Source: Marsupella aquatica
Taxonomy: Eukaryota > Plantae > Marchantiophyta
DNA length: 64,000 bases
Assembly: GCA_973895155.1 (NCBI GenBank)
Contig: OZ316897.1
Span: 9,571,832-9,635,831 of the forward strand
Direction: 5' to 3'
Under the pieces are notes generated by a model. That model did no database searches. It was not told the origin of the DNA and saw nothing but the letters and a program-made list of their open reading frames with translations. The stretch's first letter is position 1; every line of letters starts with the position of its first letter. The translations under genes and the position numbers were made by a program. Positions 37,601 to 49,841 of this stretch are shown in pieces.

Positions 37601-39939
37601 TCTCCGGTCTCACAGAATATCCTACGTTTGTACTGACTTGGCAACAATGTGGCCTGCTGGCAACGAAATGTTGAAACTGGCTCGAGACGTTTTGTCTCTC
37701 TGATTCGGGCCCCTTTTTCAAAGTAGCGATTCATTGATGAGGTTGGATTGGAGTATGTCCATAGAGTTGTTGCAGAAGTATGAAATGACATCGGTTGTCT
37801 TTGTCAGGCAATCTTGCTAGGACTTTGCCAGTCTCAAAATACCACACTAGGTTTCCACTCTTCAAACTTCTCCGGCCCTTTCCTAGAGCAGCAGCAATGT
37901 TTTCTCGCACGCATTTGTTACTGCTGCAAGGACTCTCGAGTAGTTAGTGTAAATGGATGCAATGAGATGGGTGCTTCTGGGTTTTGGCCTTCACCGCCCT
38001 CTTCACTAGTCCAATGAGGAAGCTACGAGGACAGAGGGAAGGAACGATAGGGGGCCAAATTCGCATAGAGTATTGAGGAAAAGATGAGTCAGAGAGAGTG
38101 GAAGAACAGAAAACCCTATCACTCTTGGGCTGGAAATTCAAATTTAGCATGAATTCCTGGGTGGTAATGAAGCTCAGGACCTCCTGTCCTCTGCCCGCAG
38201 GCAAAGAAATAGTTTCGTCAACAGTATAGTGCTAGTCGTATTGACAGTGGTCAGATTGTTCATTTTATCCAAAACACTTTGAATCTCCGTGCATCCCGTT
38301 TTTAGACATTGGCTTTGCTTTGGATCTGCTCCCCCGATTAGCGAACGGACTTGTGAGGCATCCGGCGTGAACCACAACAGGCTTCACGCCAGAATTTAAT
38401 AAGGTACAAAAAGAGGTCATTCCAGTCCGAGCGAGATCTATAAGACTCCATAACATTCATATTATTTCCTACTTGAAACCTTTAACTTCCTGCTGAATCG
38501 TGTGCTCTTGCTTGCGTGGATTACATTGCAGATCTTTCTTCGTAGACGGTGTGCGAAGAGTGATGCATGCTTGAAATCCATGACATATCGCTGGAGCGAG
38601 TCATGATAGTTTTTGCTGAAGTAGTGGGTAACGGGGATCTTGATCGCGCTTCAGTTGGGTTGTTTGCCTGCCTACTTTCACGGCAAGGAAGTCGTCTTTT
38701 TAGCAGCCCACAGATGAAGATTTGACTAAAGGTTCCGCGATTTTTCTGTCTCCATTCCAAATTCTACCCTTCTCATTGAATGATACCCTTTTCAATTGCT
38801 CGTTTTGCTTTGCGTGCGAGTAGGGGAGGTTTTAGGTTCATTGTTCAGTAGAAACATGTGTGTTCATTGTTAACTAGCAATATGTGAGTAGCTATCGGGG
38901 AATTTTGCAACGACTCTTTGTACGAAGACGATTCCGAATTGAACGCCACTCATCATTAATGTCTTCGTCACCGTGCAGGTTCAGCGGCTATCGTTGTTTT
39001 TCAGTTCATTGAGGGTGATAATAATGCAAGTCCTTGTCCGAAGTGACTGCAATCTGCTTCTGTAAGGTACGTCCCGGCATTTAGGACTGACCATCGTTAC
39101 ATTTCTGGATGAAAGTCGTAATATGGGGAGTCGTTCGAACGTCAAGAGTTTTAGTTTTCCAGAAATCAGCTAGTTTGGGTGATGTGTCTGAACACGCAGC
39201 TTCACGAAAGTTGAAGAAGGCCAGAGACTAGGGATACACTTTGATACGCTTTCTCAGAGCTACATAGAAACCAATTCTGCAGCCTTGTCGAGCCAAGCAG
39301 CAATAGTATCACGATCGTTAGGCTCAATGAACGAGCTCTTGGAAAATTATGAAACTACTCCCGCACCGAGAAGAGGATGGTTCAACAGAGATTGTGCTGT
39401 TATTCCCCCAACATTTCAAGCTCATTGACGTATTTTCATAAAGCATGCCAGGGTTTTACCCCTAGAAAAGCAACGTCGTTGTGTTCACAATTTTGTCCTG
39501 GTGGCTTTGTCATGGAGTATCCTCTTCAAGCCTGCCTTGCAAGATAATCCTTCGAATGTCCAGGCTCATGACTGCTCCAACTCTTCTGCTTGAGAGTCTC
39601 GTGAACCCTGAAATGTTTAACTGATACGAAGCAACTTCATTGTATTTCTAGGTCAACTCCTTGTATGACACTGACAAATCCTTCAACCCTCACGACCTTC
39701 AGCTCGTCTACCTTATGCTCTTTTCTGTATGATTTGTTTCAATTTCTTTGCTCCCTCATCTGAAACGGTATCTGCTTAGTAAGTAAGTTCACCTTCTTCT
39801 GAACGTACGAAGCTCCTCGTGGTAGCTGACTACGCTTGTGATTTGCTTTGCGTGGCGCAGATGATTTAAGAAACATTTTTGTATCAGTCCGAACTGTTGA
39901 CACTTGAGGGTGGGAGCGGGTACACAGGAGCTTTCAGCA

Positions 39940-41580
39940 ATGGCGAAGACAAAACGGAGGCAATTGGCTGCTCTAGCAGCGCAAGCAGAGCTCAAAGCGC
40001 TTGCTGGTTATAATGAAAGGACCTCTTCATGTGACAAATCGGGTCCGTCCGGGACCATTCTTCAAACTGGTGACCCCATGATTGAAATAAGGACGCAGCG
40101 GGTGATATTTAAGATTCCTGCTCTCCCATCGAAACCTGCTGCTGATACTCAATCCCTGAAAATTGCTGAAAAAGAAGGTTTGGGGAACCGCAGAAGGAAA
40201 CCTCCTCAGAGAGACATTGACTTGAGCTCGGAGCAAGTTCCTGCAGATGAGGCAAAGATTAGTAAGGGGATTGTCCAGTTTGGAAAATGGAAGAGACATA
40301 AAAAGATTAGAGACCTTCTACCGCCAAGAGTAACAGCAGTTCCATCATCATCCCCTGGACTATCCAATGGAGGCCAACTTTCACCAGTAGCAAAGTCAGT
40401 GGCGACTGATAAACATATAAATGGGGAGTTACCTCTTTCAGGACCTGAATTTCAGAAGCCATCGAAGAAGAGGGTGCAACTCATCACGGGCCCACGAAAG
40501 CGATCAAAACTACAAGAGGCGGTTGTCAGGTCGCCAGCTGAGAAGGATAGCAAGATACTGAAAACTCAGGAGAGATCTACGGGACCTATAGACAGGACAT
40601 TGGACAGAGCCGCCAGTTCTCTTGTTATGTCAAAGCGAAGGTCCAGGGATCTTGTGAAAGATACACACAGATTGCAAGAGTTGGCAAGGGCCAGTGATGG
40701 AGATTTACCAAGCACTCCAGCACAATCTCGGAAGAGAAGACGGGGGTGCATCAAGAAAGTTCTTTCTCAAGTCCCAGTCAGCCCTAGAGCTATAGTGGTA
40801 TCACCCCACAGAACTAGAGCGAGGGTGAAAATATCCCACTGTGAAGCAATGGCTCTTGAAGTTCTTCAGGAGATTCAAAATGTGAAGAACATCAGTCAAC
40901 ACATGGAGCACCGTGGCAAGACTGCAGAAAATGACACACGTTTAGTCAGAAGTACTGCTGATGGAGAAGCAATCTACACAACACGAGATCGATCTCAAGC
41001 AAAGCCCCAAAACTCTGGAAACTTCACCAGCCCATCAGCACAGGAAGAAGAACAGTTGGCTCATGCTGGGGTGACTGTTGATTCCTCGACACAGGAGCTG
41101 ATGCAAAGTGGTCAACACAACTCTTATCATGACTGCTTACAAGGTAATGGTCCAGGGGATTGCAAGTCACGCGTGCATATTGAAGAGCCGCACATGCCCT
41201 TTGCGCCTAGTAAACAGGGAGTGTTTCTGGGTGTTCCAAAACAAGGGAAAGACCTCTTCAAACCTTCTCGCCATTCTGGAGCAAATTGCAGTGGAGCAGA
41301 AAGGATCAAGCGAAATAGCCAATTGACAATCATGGAGAAGCGGCTACAAGCTGCTGGAGGACTTAGAAATTGGCTCTTGGATAAGGGTTTGGGGCAATTT
41401 TTGCCCATCCTGGAGAAGTGGAACATTGATCATCTCTCTCTCATGCATCTCAGCATGGAAGGTCTAAAGAGCATGGGGCTGCTTCCAGTTGGACCTCGGA
41501 GAAAATTGATCCATGCCATCACTTGTCTTACTCTACCATCTTTTAGCAATGTTTCTCCCCTGAATGGTACTCGTAGATGA
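39940..41580 (+). CDS. SAM (sterile alpha motif) domain protein with a long basic, probably disordered N-terminal region; single coding exon
   Basis: Uninterrupted 546-codon ORF from ATG 39940. C-terminal GLRNWLLDKGLGQFLPILEKWNIDHLSLMHLSMEGLKSMGLLPVGPRRKLIHAI fits the SAM consensus. Several K/R clusters resemble NLSs. A candidate acceptor CGCAG at 39860 lies just upstream. Confidence 0.85.
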   Translation: MAKTKRRQLAALAAQAELKALAGYNERTSSCDKSGPSGTILQTGDPMIEIRTQRVIFKIPALPSKPAADTQSLKIAEKEGLGNRRRKPPQRDIDLSSEQVPADEAKISKGIVQFGKWKRHKKIRDLLPPRVTAVPSSSPGLSNGGQLSPVAKSVATDKHINGELPLSGPEFQKPSKKRVQLITGPRKRSKLQEAVVRSPAEKDSKILKTQERSTGPIDRTLDRAASSLVMSKRRSRDLVKDTHRLQELARASDGDLPSTPAQSRKRRRGCIKKVLSQVPVSPRAIVVSPHRTRARVKISHCEAMALEVLQEIQNVKNISQHMEHRGKTAENDTRLVRSTADGEAIYTTRDRSQAKPQNSGNFTSPSAQEEEQLAHAGVTVDSSTQELMQSGQHNSYHDCLQGNGPGDCKSRVHIEEPHMPFAPSKQGVFLGVPKQGKDLFKPSRHSGANCSGAERIKRNSQLTIMEKRLQAAGGLRNWLLDKGLGQFLPILEKWNIDHLSLMHLSMEGLKSMGLLPVGPRRKLIHAITCLTLPSFSNVSPLNGTRR

Positions 41581-43147
41581 ATTCCTTCCTCATTTTGTTT
41601 CATTCCTTTGACCGTTCTCTTAGGGGTAGAGCTCAGATCCAATTAGTCATAGGCAATTTGCCGTAACTGGATGTTAGATACAACCTACACAAGGAGATAA
41701 GGTTTAGAGCACAAGAATTTTAGTTGTGCCGGTAAGTTTTAGAAGCTTCAGAGATCAGTAGGTCTAAGTCCTTTCCTGCATGCCATTGGCTGACATGAAG
41801 ATTGTGTTAGTCGGGAGAGCCTAATCATAGCAATTTTATCTGTGAACACGGTCTTATTTGCTGCATTCTATGCGAGATGACTTTTGCCACAGTTGATGCG
41901 AAGAGAAAGCAAAGCCAAAATTTTCTCCTGATCAGTGTTCTTTAGCCGAGTAAGGCACGCATGTCTCAGAAGGAAACAAACCATTGTTAAATTGCATGTG
42001 CAACGTAGCAGAGTGTCTTGAATCTCAATGAATAGAAGACGAATACTCTGGGAAGGCGACAATCCAAGGCAACAATCTTCATTCCCGGTAAAAATCAAGC
42101 AGCGTGTCTCACACCCCACATAGTGCTTGGGTTTAGTCTAGTTAATCGAGTGTTTGTGGTTATGCACCGCGACGACCCTGAGTTTATCACGACCACTAGT
42201 GTGAAATTGTGGCATCTAAATTACTTGGTCAGACAGATTAGCAGAACAAGAGCTCCCCAAAGATTGGAAATTAAGAATCTTTGAATCTCGTTTCCCGGCC
42301 AGCGACTGACTTCGCTGAGAAATCCATGAACTAACATTAGGGGATTGACTTTTCCAAAAGCTCTTTGGAAAACCAACCCCCAATCCAAACATTGACATGA
42401 ACTCCGCAGGCGAGTCATGATATTCTGCCTAAAACACATATGACAGCTATTAAGTCACCAGATGACATTCCAGTTGCCAGGAAGGCGTGCCTCCGGACGC
42501 ACAAGGTCTTGCCGTCCTGTAGAAAAAGATTTATCACTGACTGGTAACCAGGTGAAGTCCCACATCCAAAATACAAATCCAAATGTCGCAAGCTTCATTC
42601 ACAATGAAACCTCTTACATCTCCGTGGGCCCAGCTAAATTTGAAAGTCAAAGATGACCTTAACCCCATAGTCTAAGATCTCAGAAGCTACTACGCTTTAG
42701 GAGAATGAACTCGTTTTTCACAGATTTTGAGACTGATTAATCACGAGCACTCTACTATAAGCAAAAATGAAGATTTGCAAAACAGAGACATGGTTGTAAA
42801 GAGCATGGCATTGATTACACGTGCAGCTAATACTAATTGTATACAAAGAGGAGAGACTTGCTCCCTCGGGCTGTGCCACCCGTTGTTTAAACTTAGAGAG
42901 GAACCAATGGCCTCTATGCCCTTCGGAGTATACTTTATAAGTGGACGAAATGAAAATACACTTCTCAACTTATCGAGTCAGAAAATTTGGCACGGGACGG
43001 GCCCACTGTTGTCACCACTTACTAGGGTACCACTCAAGTAGTGGGCCCTGTAAAGGATATAAACAACTCTGAGTAAAATCCAAATGTTTGAATCGGAAAG
43101 CTCATGTACATCTCAAGAACCAACTAATGCAACGAGGTCAGTCCTAA

Positions 43148-44777
43148 TCAGTCATCGTCCTTGTACGGGTATTCTTCAGGTACTTGTTCCAGAAGCTTTA
43201 GGCGCATTTCATAGATATCATCACCACGCAAAACGTCCTTCACGAACTTCACTTCCGTTCGCATTGAAACCTGAAAACAGTACAAGAAGAATGAGACCAA
43301 TTGCCTAGATGAGTACCAAAACCTGAATGGATGAAACAACCATATCCCACACAAACTTTTAAGTGCAAAACATCATTACAAGCGACAAAATCGAAAATAC
43401 CAAATAGGATGTGGTAGGTTTTATAGAAGTAAGTTATAAGGTCTCATTCGTCTGACACCTGTGGATGTTCGCAGATTTCCACATGGTCGTAGGAAAATTA
43501 GGGTTGCAGTCAATTCGGACTCACAACACAATGAGACTTAAATTCTAGTAGCACATGTCGTCACTGTAAGAAAACTAATCCGACTCACCATCTCCAATGC
43601 TCCTCTTATCACTCCACAAAGGATGTTGCAGTAATAGAGGCCCTGACATGTCTCAGGAAGCTCTACAAAGTCCACTAAAGGATTGTCATCGAGAATAAGG
43701 CTACATTCTAAATTATCTGTACTCCAGTTTGCAACAGTTGCTGACACCCCAAGAAACATCTTAAATCCAACCTGCCAAGTATCAATCAGAAATTCCATTT
43801 AGACCATTTGAAAATGAGGGATACAATCATGCGTTGCACACTGAAGTAGGCATGAGAAGAACACTTGCAAGACCTTTGAGATAAATACTACTACAAAGGT
43901 CTTGAAAGTTTATACCCTGGCAAGTCATCTCTCTGCAGCATCTCAATTAGGGTAATAAAAAGCTGATTTGAGGACATGGAGATCTCAGATCAAGACTACA
44001 GGTAATCACTTGTTGGCAAAATCATACAGCACTTCGTAGGAATAGATAGATTCAACCAGAGAGAAGTCCCCAAACCTTGGCAATAACCTCCGCGGTCTCT
44101 TTAAAATCGCTGCATCTAGTTATGTTTGCCTTAGCCAAAAAATCATCAATGAGCCGAATACCAATGTTGTAGCCCCTGCAGAATCCAAGGGAGCGATTCT
44201 GTTTGTCATCAAATACAACAAAGGATGCAAAATCGCTGCATGAAATGACAGCATTCTACATTACCGAATCAATCATCAATCTTAGAGACTGAGCTATCTC
44301 TAGACAAGCAGAGATGTAGAAGGACACAGATTGGCATACATAGTGTCAAGCTGCTTGTTGACTTCCTCTACTTCCTCAAAATCAGTGAGCAGCTGCCGGA
44401 CTATGGCTCCATACGTCAGGGTAAAGAGTTCGGCATTCTGCAAGAGAAAATGAATTGAACTCAGGCTCTTGATCCATAAGCGGGGAAAACCAAAAGGACT
44501 TGTATTGCCGTGATTCCTCTCAACGAAAGCTCTATCAGAACACAATTTCTTGGCTCAGCATCCCTATGGCACGGCCACATCGCTTTGTCAAGAGAAAAGC
44601 AAACGGGACCATGGCCAACAAAATGCCCCCAGACTTCCAAAGGCCCTCAAGGCAAGATGATTTAGTGCAAACAAGCAAATTGTTTTCTCGTTGAGAAATT
44701 GTTTCTCCTTTCGTGGTACATACCACGCGCTCCACGTTGGCGAAGACCGCATCTCCGGGTCTTGAAGACGGAGGCAT
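43148..44777 (-). CDS. BET3: TRAPP complex subunit 3 (BET3)
   Basis: Five exons: 44777-44724, 44437-44340, 44175-44075, 43771-43589, 43270-43148. Motifs: NAELFTLTYGAIVRQLL, MGYNIGIRLIDDFLAK, VGFKMFLG, NPLVDFVELP, YCNILCGVIRGALEMV, PEEYPYKDDD. Confidence 0.96.
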
Positions 44778-45487
44778 TTCGGAGCTCCGGCCCACAATTT
44801 CCCGTATTCGCTCTATTTTGCCAAATCAGAAATGCCGAATCAGAGAAATGTGGGTCAGATCAGCTAACCAAAACCGGGACACAAACGAGCCAACAACCAC
44901 TCCTCTCAACGGACGATAGCACTAAAGTATAGAGCTGGAGTGTGATCCTAGTCAAATTGCCTTCAATAGAAGAAGGTGATATTGGGGCCGCGAGGAGATG
45001 AGATCAGATCAGAGCAGAGCAGAGCAGAGCAGAGGACAAAGTAGGGCCGGAGAAGGCACAACTAGGCAAGCCAGCGACCACTGCCCATTTTTTCTTCTTG
45101 CAGGAGCAGCAAACTATCCAGTGCTTGAATCAACGTAGAAACAGATCACTAGAATCGACCCGAATGAGAGAACTTGCTGCAACTTTGACTGAATGGAATG
45201 GAATGGAAGAGAAGGGAAGGGAAGGGGAGGGAAGGGGAGGGGAGTGTAGTCGAGAGAGTACCCAAAGTGTATCGAAGGGCGAATTGAATCGAGCTGGGGG
45301 AGGAGTACGACCGTGTGCATCAATTGAAGAGCACCACTGATGACGCTTTCCTCCACCTCTGATGGATGCTAGCAAGCAGAGAATGATGCCCACCCAGTGG
45401 ACCGTAAACAGCCAGAGATCCCACGCGGTTGCTCCACTGGAACGAATGATTGTGTATCTCGATGGTCGGCCTCGAGCACTGCTGCTC

Positions 45488-46200
45488 CACTGCAAAGAAA
45501 GGAAAGCAGGAAAATGATACAGGAGCAAAACATGCATACCTTGGACGCTTTGTCAGACATGGAATTGGGAGTGTAAGGTATGTAATTGTTGAAGGTTTTT
45601 CCGTTTTAGTCAGGGTGGCTAAATGTCACCTTGTGTGAAGGAGACGATGCTTTGACATGGAATTGGGAGTGGAAGGCATCGAATTCTTAAAATTTTAAGG
45701 TTTTTTGTCTCTTTAATCAGGGTGGCGAATGTCACTTTGTGTGAAGGAGACCATGCTAAGAATATGACTGATCTTATTTGATTTTATTATATTAATTTCA
45801 TAAACTTAGATCTCCCCAGATTTAAGGATAACTATCAAATTGTGACTAGGTGGGAAACTGGCTATTCCAAGTTCAAAAGCCTGGTAAATTTTGGCCTAAA
45901 GTAAGGAATACTTTTTAGTGAGGTGGAATTTGGCTAATTTTTGCCACATAAAAAGTTATGTTTCCGTTCCACTGCAAAGAAAGAGAAGCATCAAAGCATG
46001 TAATTTTTGGGGGTTTTTCTTTTTATCCAAGGTGGCTAATGTCACCCTGTAGGAAGAAGAAGATGCTAAGAATATTACTGATCTTATTTTACTAGATTAA
46101 TTTCATAAACTCCCCAGATATAAGGATAACTATCAGGTTTTGGCTAGGAAGGAAACTGGCTAATCCAAGATCAAAAGCTTTCTAAATCTTAGTCTAAAGT
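45488..46200. repeat. Nested local duplications upstream of BET3
   Basis: cactgcaaagaaag at 45488 and 45970; acatggaattgggagtg at about 45557 and 45655; ggtggc..atgtcac at about 45614, 45721 and 46032; atgctaagaatat.actgatcttattt...taaggataactatca at about 45753 and 46063. Confidence 0.75.
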
Positions 46201-47108
46201 AGGGAAAACTTTACAACTAGTGAGGGATTTTTGCAACTATGAAGTGAGCAAAGAGAAAAACATGGCAGTGTGGGTACCGTCCAAAGAAGGTAAGCAGGGT
46301 GGAGGACAAAGCGAAGGACAAGAATCAAGAAAGCAATCTGTACATCTCCCAACGCCACCAACTGCTCAAGGTGCAACACATTTTGAAACAGAGCCACCTC
46401 AAGAAAATCCCGTCTAACTCAGGCCCACCAACGAGCACACCCAAACCCTGGATGCCCCCCTAGTCCAAATGGGAATACCCAAGGGGGGTTGAAAGAGTCA
46501 TGAAGGAGATGGGGGGCCTAGACCCCACACTTCGTAGGGTAGACTATCAACCCAAGGAGAGCCAACTGGTCAACCAATTGAGAATAGCCCCCCCACCAGG
46601 TCAGGCGGCCACACTATGTGTGTATCATAAGCAACTGATGGGAACAAGCAACTCGTGAAAGCAGCCGAGTAGGCCCTAATAGCCCAAAGATGAGCCACAA
46701 CAAGCAAGGCCCTTCCAAGATGGTCACCCTGCCTAGTGCCACCCTCAGACAAAATGGCAGTGTAGGACCCATAGTTGTGGTGGTCAGGGCAGAACAAAGG
46801 GGGAGTGGTCTCATAAAAAGCCCAGGCAACAGGCATGAGGGAAGTGATCTCTCCACTGACATCCCAATGCTCCTCAAACATAACCCACCTCGAGAGTGTG
46901 TTGAAAGCACTGGCCACATCACGTGAATGACCACCCAATCAGGGTGGGATGCCCAAGAAAAAACGCAGCCCATGAACCACACTTTCACAACCCTTGGGAG
47001 TGGCCACACCAAACTGGTGGGAAATGAAGTGTGCCGCAAAAGGGGCACGCGTCTGCAAACAAATACACCGGCTAACCAAGTGGTACAGAATCTCCCCAAT
47101 AGCCAAAG

Positions 47109-47837
47109 TGTTGGGGAAATATTGCACAACACACAACGTCACTAAGAACCAGTGTAAACAATAAATCAACACCGACACAAAGATTCGTGGTTTGCCCCAT
47201 TTGGGCTATGTCCATGGCTGAGAGAAGAATCCTTATGCACAAACCATTACATCCGCTATTGATATGTCTATGTGATATGTTGAGCATAGACGACATTTGC
47301 AACTGCAAGCCCATGAACCATCCAACGTACAAGAGTCGACACAGAGAGATACGTGGTTCACCTCCACATGAGGCTACGTCCACGGGAACACACAAGAGCT
47401 TTACTGCGCTCTAGGCCAAACGGCCATTCCAAGCATCCATAGCACAAGCTCTCCCTATCTCTCAACTAGCTCCGTAACAATGAGCCTAAGTTCCACCAGG
47501 GGCTGGCACCAGCCCTGGCAATATACACAATAGCACTACCGCTAACATTAGCTAAGTCCTAACCTGAGTTAGCCTAACTGTAGTTAGCTCATGAGTCCCT
47601 AGACTAGAGCAATATCTAACATGATAGCCTAGGCTAGCAAGCTCACAAGATGCCCTTTGACAATCCTCTTTTCTCTGTCTTAGTCTCTACTCCTGAAACT
47701 GATATCTCAGTAGCACAATGAAGTGCTCCCACAAGGGTATACCCCCTCTCACTAGTCTAACTCAGAAACCCTTAACCATAGTTAGTTTATGCCCCCTCTC
47801 ACTAGACCTAACCAGGCACTAGAGTTGAGTACAAACA
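47109..47837 (-). mobile_element. Solo LTR (729 bp), copia-like, with 5-bp TSD CAAAG
   Basis: Starts TGTT (47109) and ends AACA (47837), flanked by CAAAG at 47104-47108 and 47838-47842. Contains GTGGACGTAGCC..GGTGAACCACG on the minus strand, a motif common in plant LTRs; orientation is inferred from it. Confidence 0.88.
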
Positions 47838-47961
47838 CAAAGGACAAACACCGCCCATCTCCTTAGCCATTGCAAGGAGCCGGCAAGGCCCCAAAAGCCT
47901 AGCAACAACAATAGGAATATGTCTCCCCCTGCAACTTGGGTACACACCTGGAACAACTTAG

Positions 47962-48062
47962 AAAACTTGGAACCCAAGTCATTAGGGGAGAAGCAAAAAC
48001 TTGGAACCCAAGTCATCAGGGGAGAAGCAAAAACTTGGAACCCAAGTCATCAGGGGAGAAGC
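47962..48062. repeat. 33-34-bp tandem triplication inside the LINE remnant
   Basis: aaaacttggaacccaagtcat(t/c)aggggagaagc occurs three times. Confidence 0.92.
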
Positions 48063-49610
48063 AATCCTGCAGATGATCAAACCTCATTCTAGAGACGCCG
48101 CCCGAGAAAAAACACAGTGGAAATCATCATGCATGATCATCATTTTGACATATGTAACATTCCATGGTTCTTTCCATCCACATACATCTGGGTGGGGGCC
48201 TAGAGTTATGCCTAGATACACATAAATTTTGGTTGGGTCCTAGAGTCATGGTCTAGAGGCAAGAGGAACCTACGCAGCCAGCTCGTAGGAAGGAGGCCAT
48301 ATCAACAGGAATGCACTTATGTTTGATGCACTTAGACAAGGAATGTACGAGAAGTTTGGTTTTAGAAAACATTCTTATTTATAAAACACCTTAAGGGGTG
48401 TGGACGGTGTGTGTGTGTGTGTGTGTGGGTGGGGTGTAGTGGTGGGAATATTGATTATCTCCTCAGCCCTGGTTGCCCACTTTGGGTTCTGGTTTAATTC
48501 TCTCTCCCTCCTGGTCCGGGTCCCTGTGGGATCCTTGGGTATTGTCCCCTTGTGGCTGCCCTACATAGAAATGCATACTCCAAAGCAGGACGCCTATCCT
48601 TTGTTGAATGGGCCTGCTTTCGGTTTTCAAGGCAAAAACACCAACCACAAGCTAAAGTTGGGGCCTAGGCTTTTAGAGTGAGGCCGCAGATCCTAACTCT
48701 ATGGTCCACCATGTGGATGAGAAATAATAATCATGCATGTTTTTTATAATGAATTTATTTACATTCAAAAATGGGCTCTAGGACCCACCATAATATATGT
48801 GCATAGAAAAGAGTATGGTATCTATGGTTATTAAAATGATGTTTATTTTATCATTTCAAACTTTCAAAAACAATGTGAATAGGGAATAGTCGGGGCTGGT
48901 ATTGCAAAACACCAAATATACTACCAGCCCATGACGGTCCTACCAACCCAATTAATAAAAAATGTCATGAATTTCATATTACAATCTGTACTTTCATCCT
49001 GTCCTTTGGGTAATTCGTACAACCCAGCCCAAAATGTGCCCTGCGAACCCAAGAATAATTCCCTGAATACCGTCACAATGGAAAGGAATTGATAACAAAT
49101 TCGTCTCTCTTGGCTGACAGGTAAAGGCCTCTCAATCCACGAACCATCGAGAAATCCCCATACTACCTTCTACCGTAGTAAGATCTCGTCATGACTGTGC
49201 TCTTTCTCGATTCTCTTCACTCTGGCTCTTCGAAAATTGTTTCAATTGGAGTCAGGGCCACCCACCCACCTACCCACCCTTTGGCGAAGGGGACGGACAG
49301 CAAGTGAATGATGTGTGACGGCATGGGCCTTCTTCCCTCCGCGCTGTGTCAAAAAGATCGAACGGTGTTCACATTATTCTGCGTGTACCTCGCATCTGAT
49401 GTGAGGGCAGAGTGACCACTACAGAGACCCTTCACGGAGAGGAAACTGACATTGGTAGGTATCAGCCTGGGGCTATTTCATTCTCGCTTGAATTATCGAC
49501 AGGATAGTTATCGTCACCAGCAGTAGTGAAATTCTTGAGTGTGGTTTACGTTTTCACTGGCAGGGGCAAGTTTTGGAGAGCAAGGAAAAGTTGTTTGCCG
49601 AGTAAGGAGG

Positions 49611-49618
49611 TATAAAAG
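49611..49618 (+). promoter_or_regulatory. Candidate TATA box of the enolase gene
   Basis: TATAAAAG lies 231 bp upstream of the ATG, with no ATG between them. Confidence 0.55.
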
Positions 49619-49841
49619 CCTGAGACGGGGGAAGGAGATAACCCAGCAGGAGTAGAGAGATTGACCGTGTTTGCCAATCAGGAGCACTGTCATCGATCCC
49701 TTTTGGAACCCCAGAGGAGTGATCGAGAGCCGGAGAGTCACCGAATTCTCACATCACAGGCCCCCCTTTGAGAGAAAGAGAAAATACATCGATCGAGTGT
49801 GGTTCGGTTCGAGCAGAGTAGACTTCCCAGAAGAGAGTAGA

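Larger units (their letters stand above)
46200..48115 (-). mobile_element. Degenerate non-LTR retrotransposon reverse transcriptase (frameshifted), interrupted by a solo LTR
   Basis: Minus-strand peptides in order: RFDHLQDCF, LFQVCTQVA, RLLAMAKEMGGVCP|LAIGEILYHLVSR, QFGVATPKGCESVVHG, HPDWVV..DVASAFNTLSR, GTRQGDHLG, FPSVAYDTH (degenerate ADD motif), LGDVQIA..PAYLLWT. Confidence 0.85.

Noticed and set aside
34850-39900. Conserved plant miRNAs or C/D snoRNAs
   Set aside because: By eye, no match to the conserved mature miRNAs I recall and no convincing box C/D pair with a terminal stem. An Rfam scan is still needed.
49671-49841. 57-codon in-frame N-terminal extension of enolase from TTG
   Set aside because: Non-AUG start, no targeting-peptide character, and homology begins at ATG 49842.
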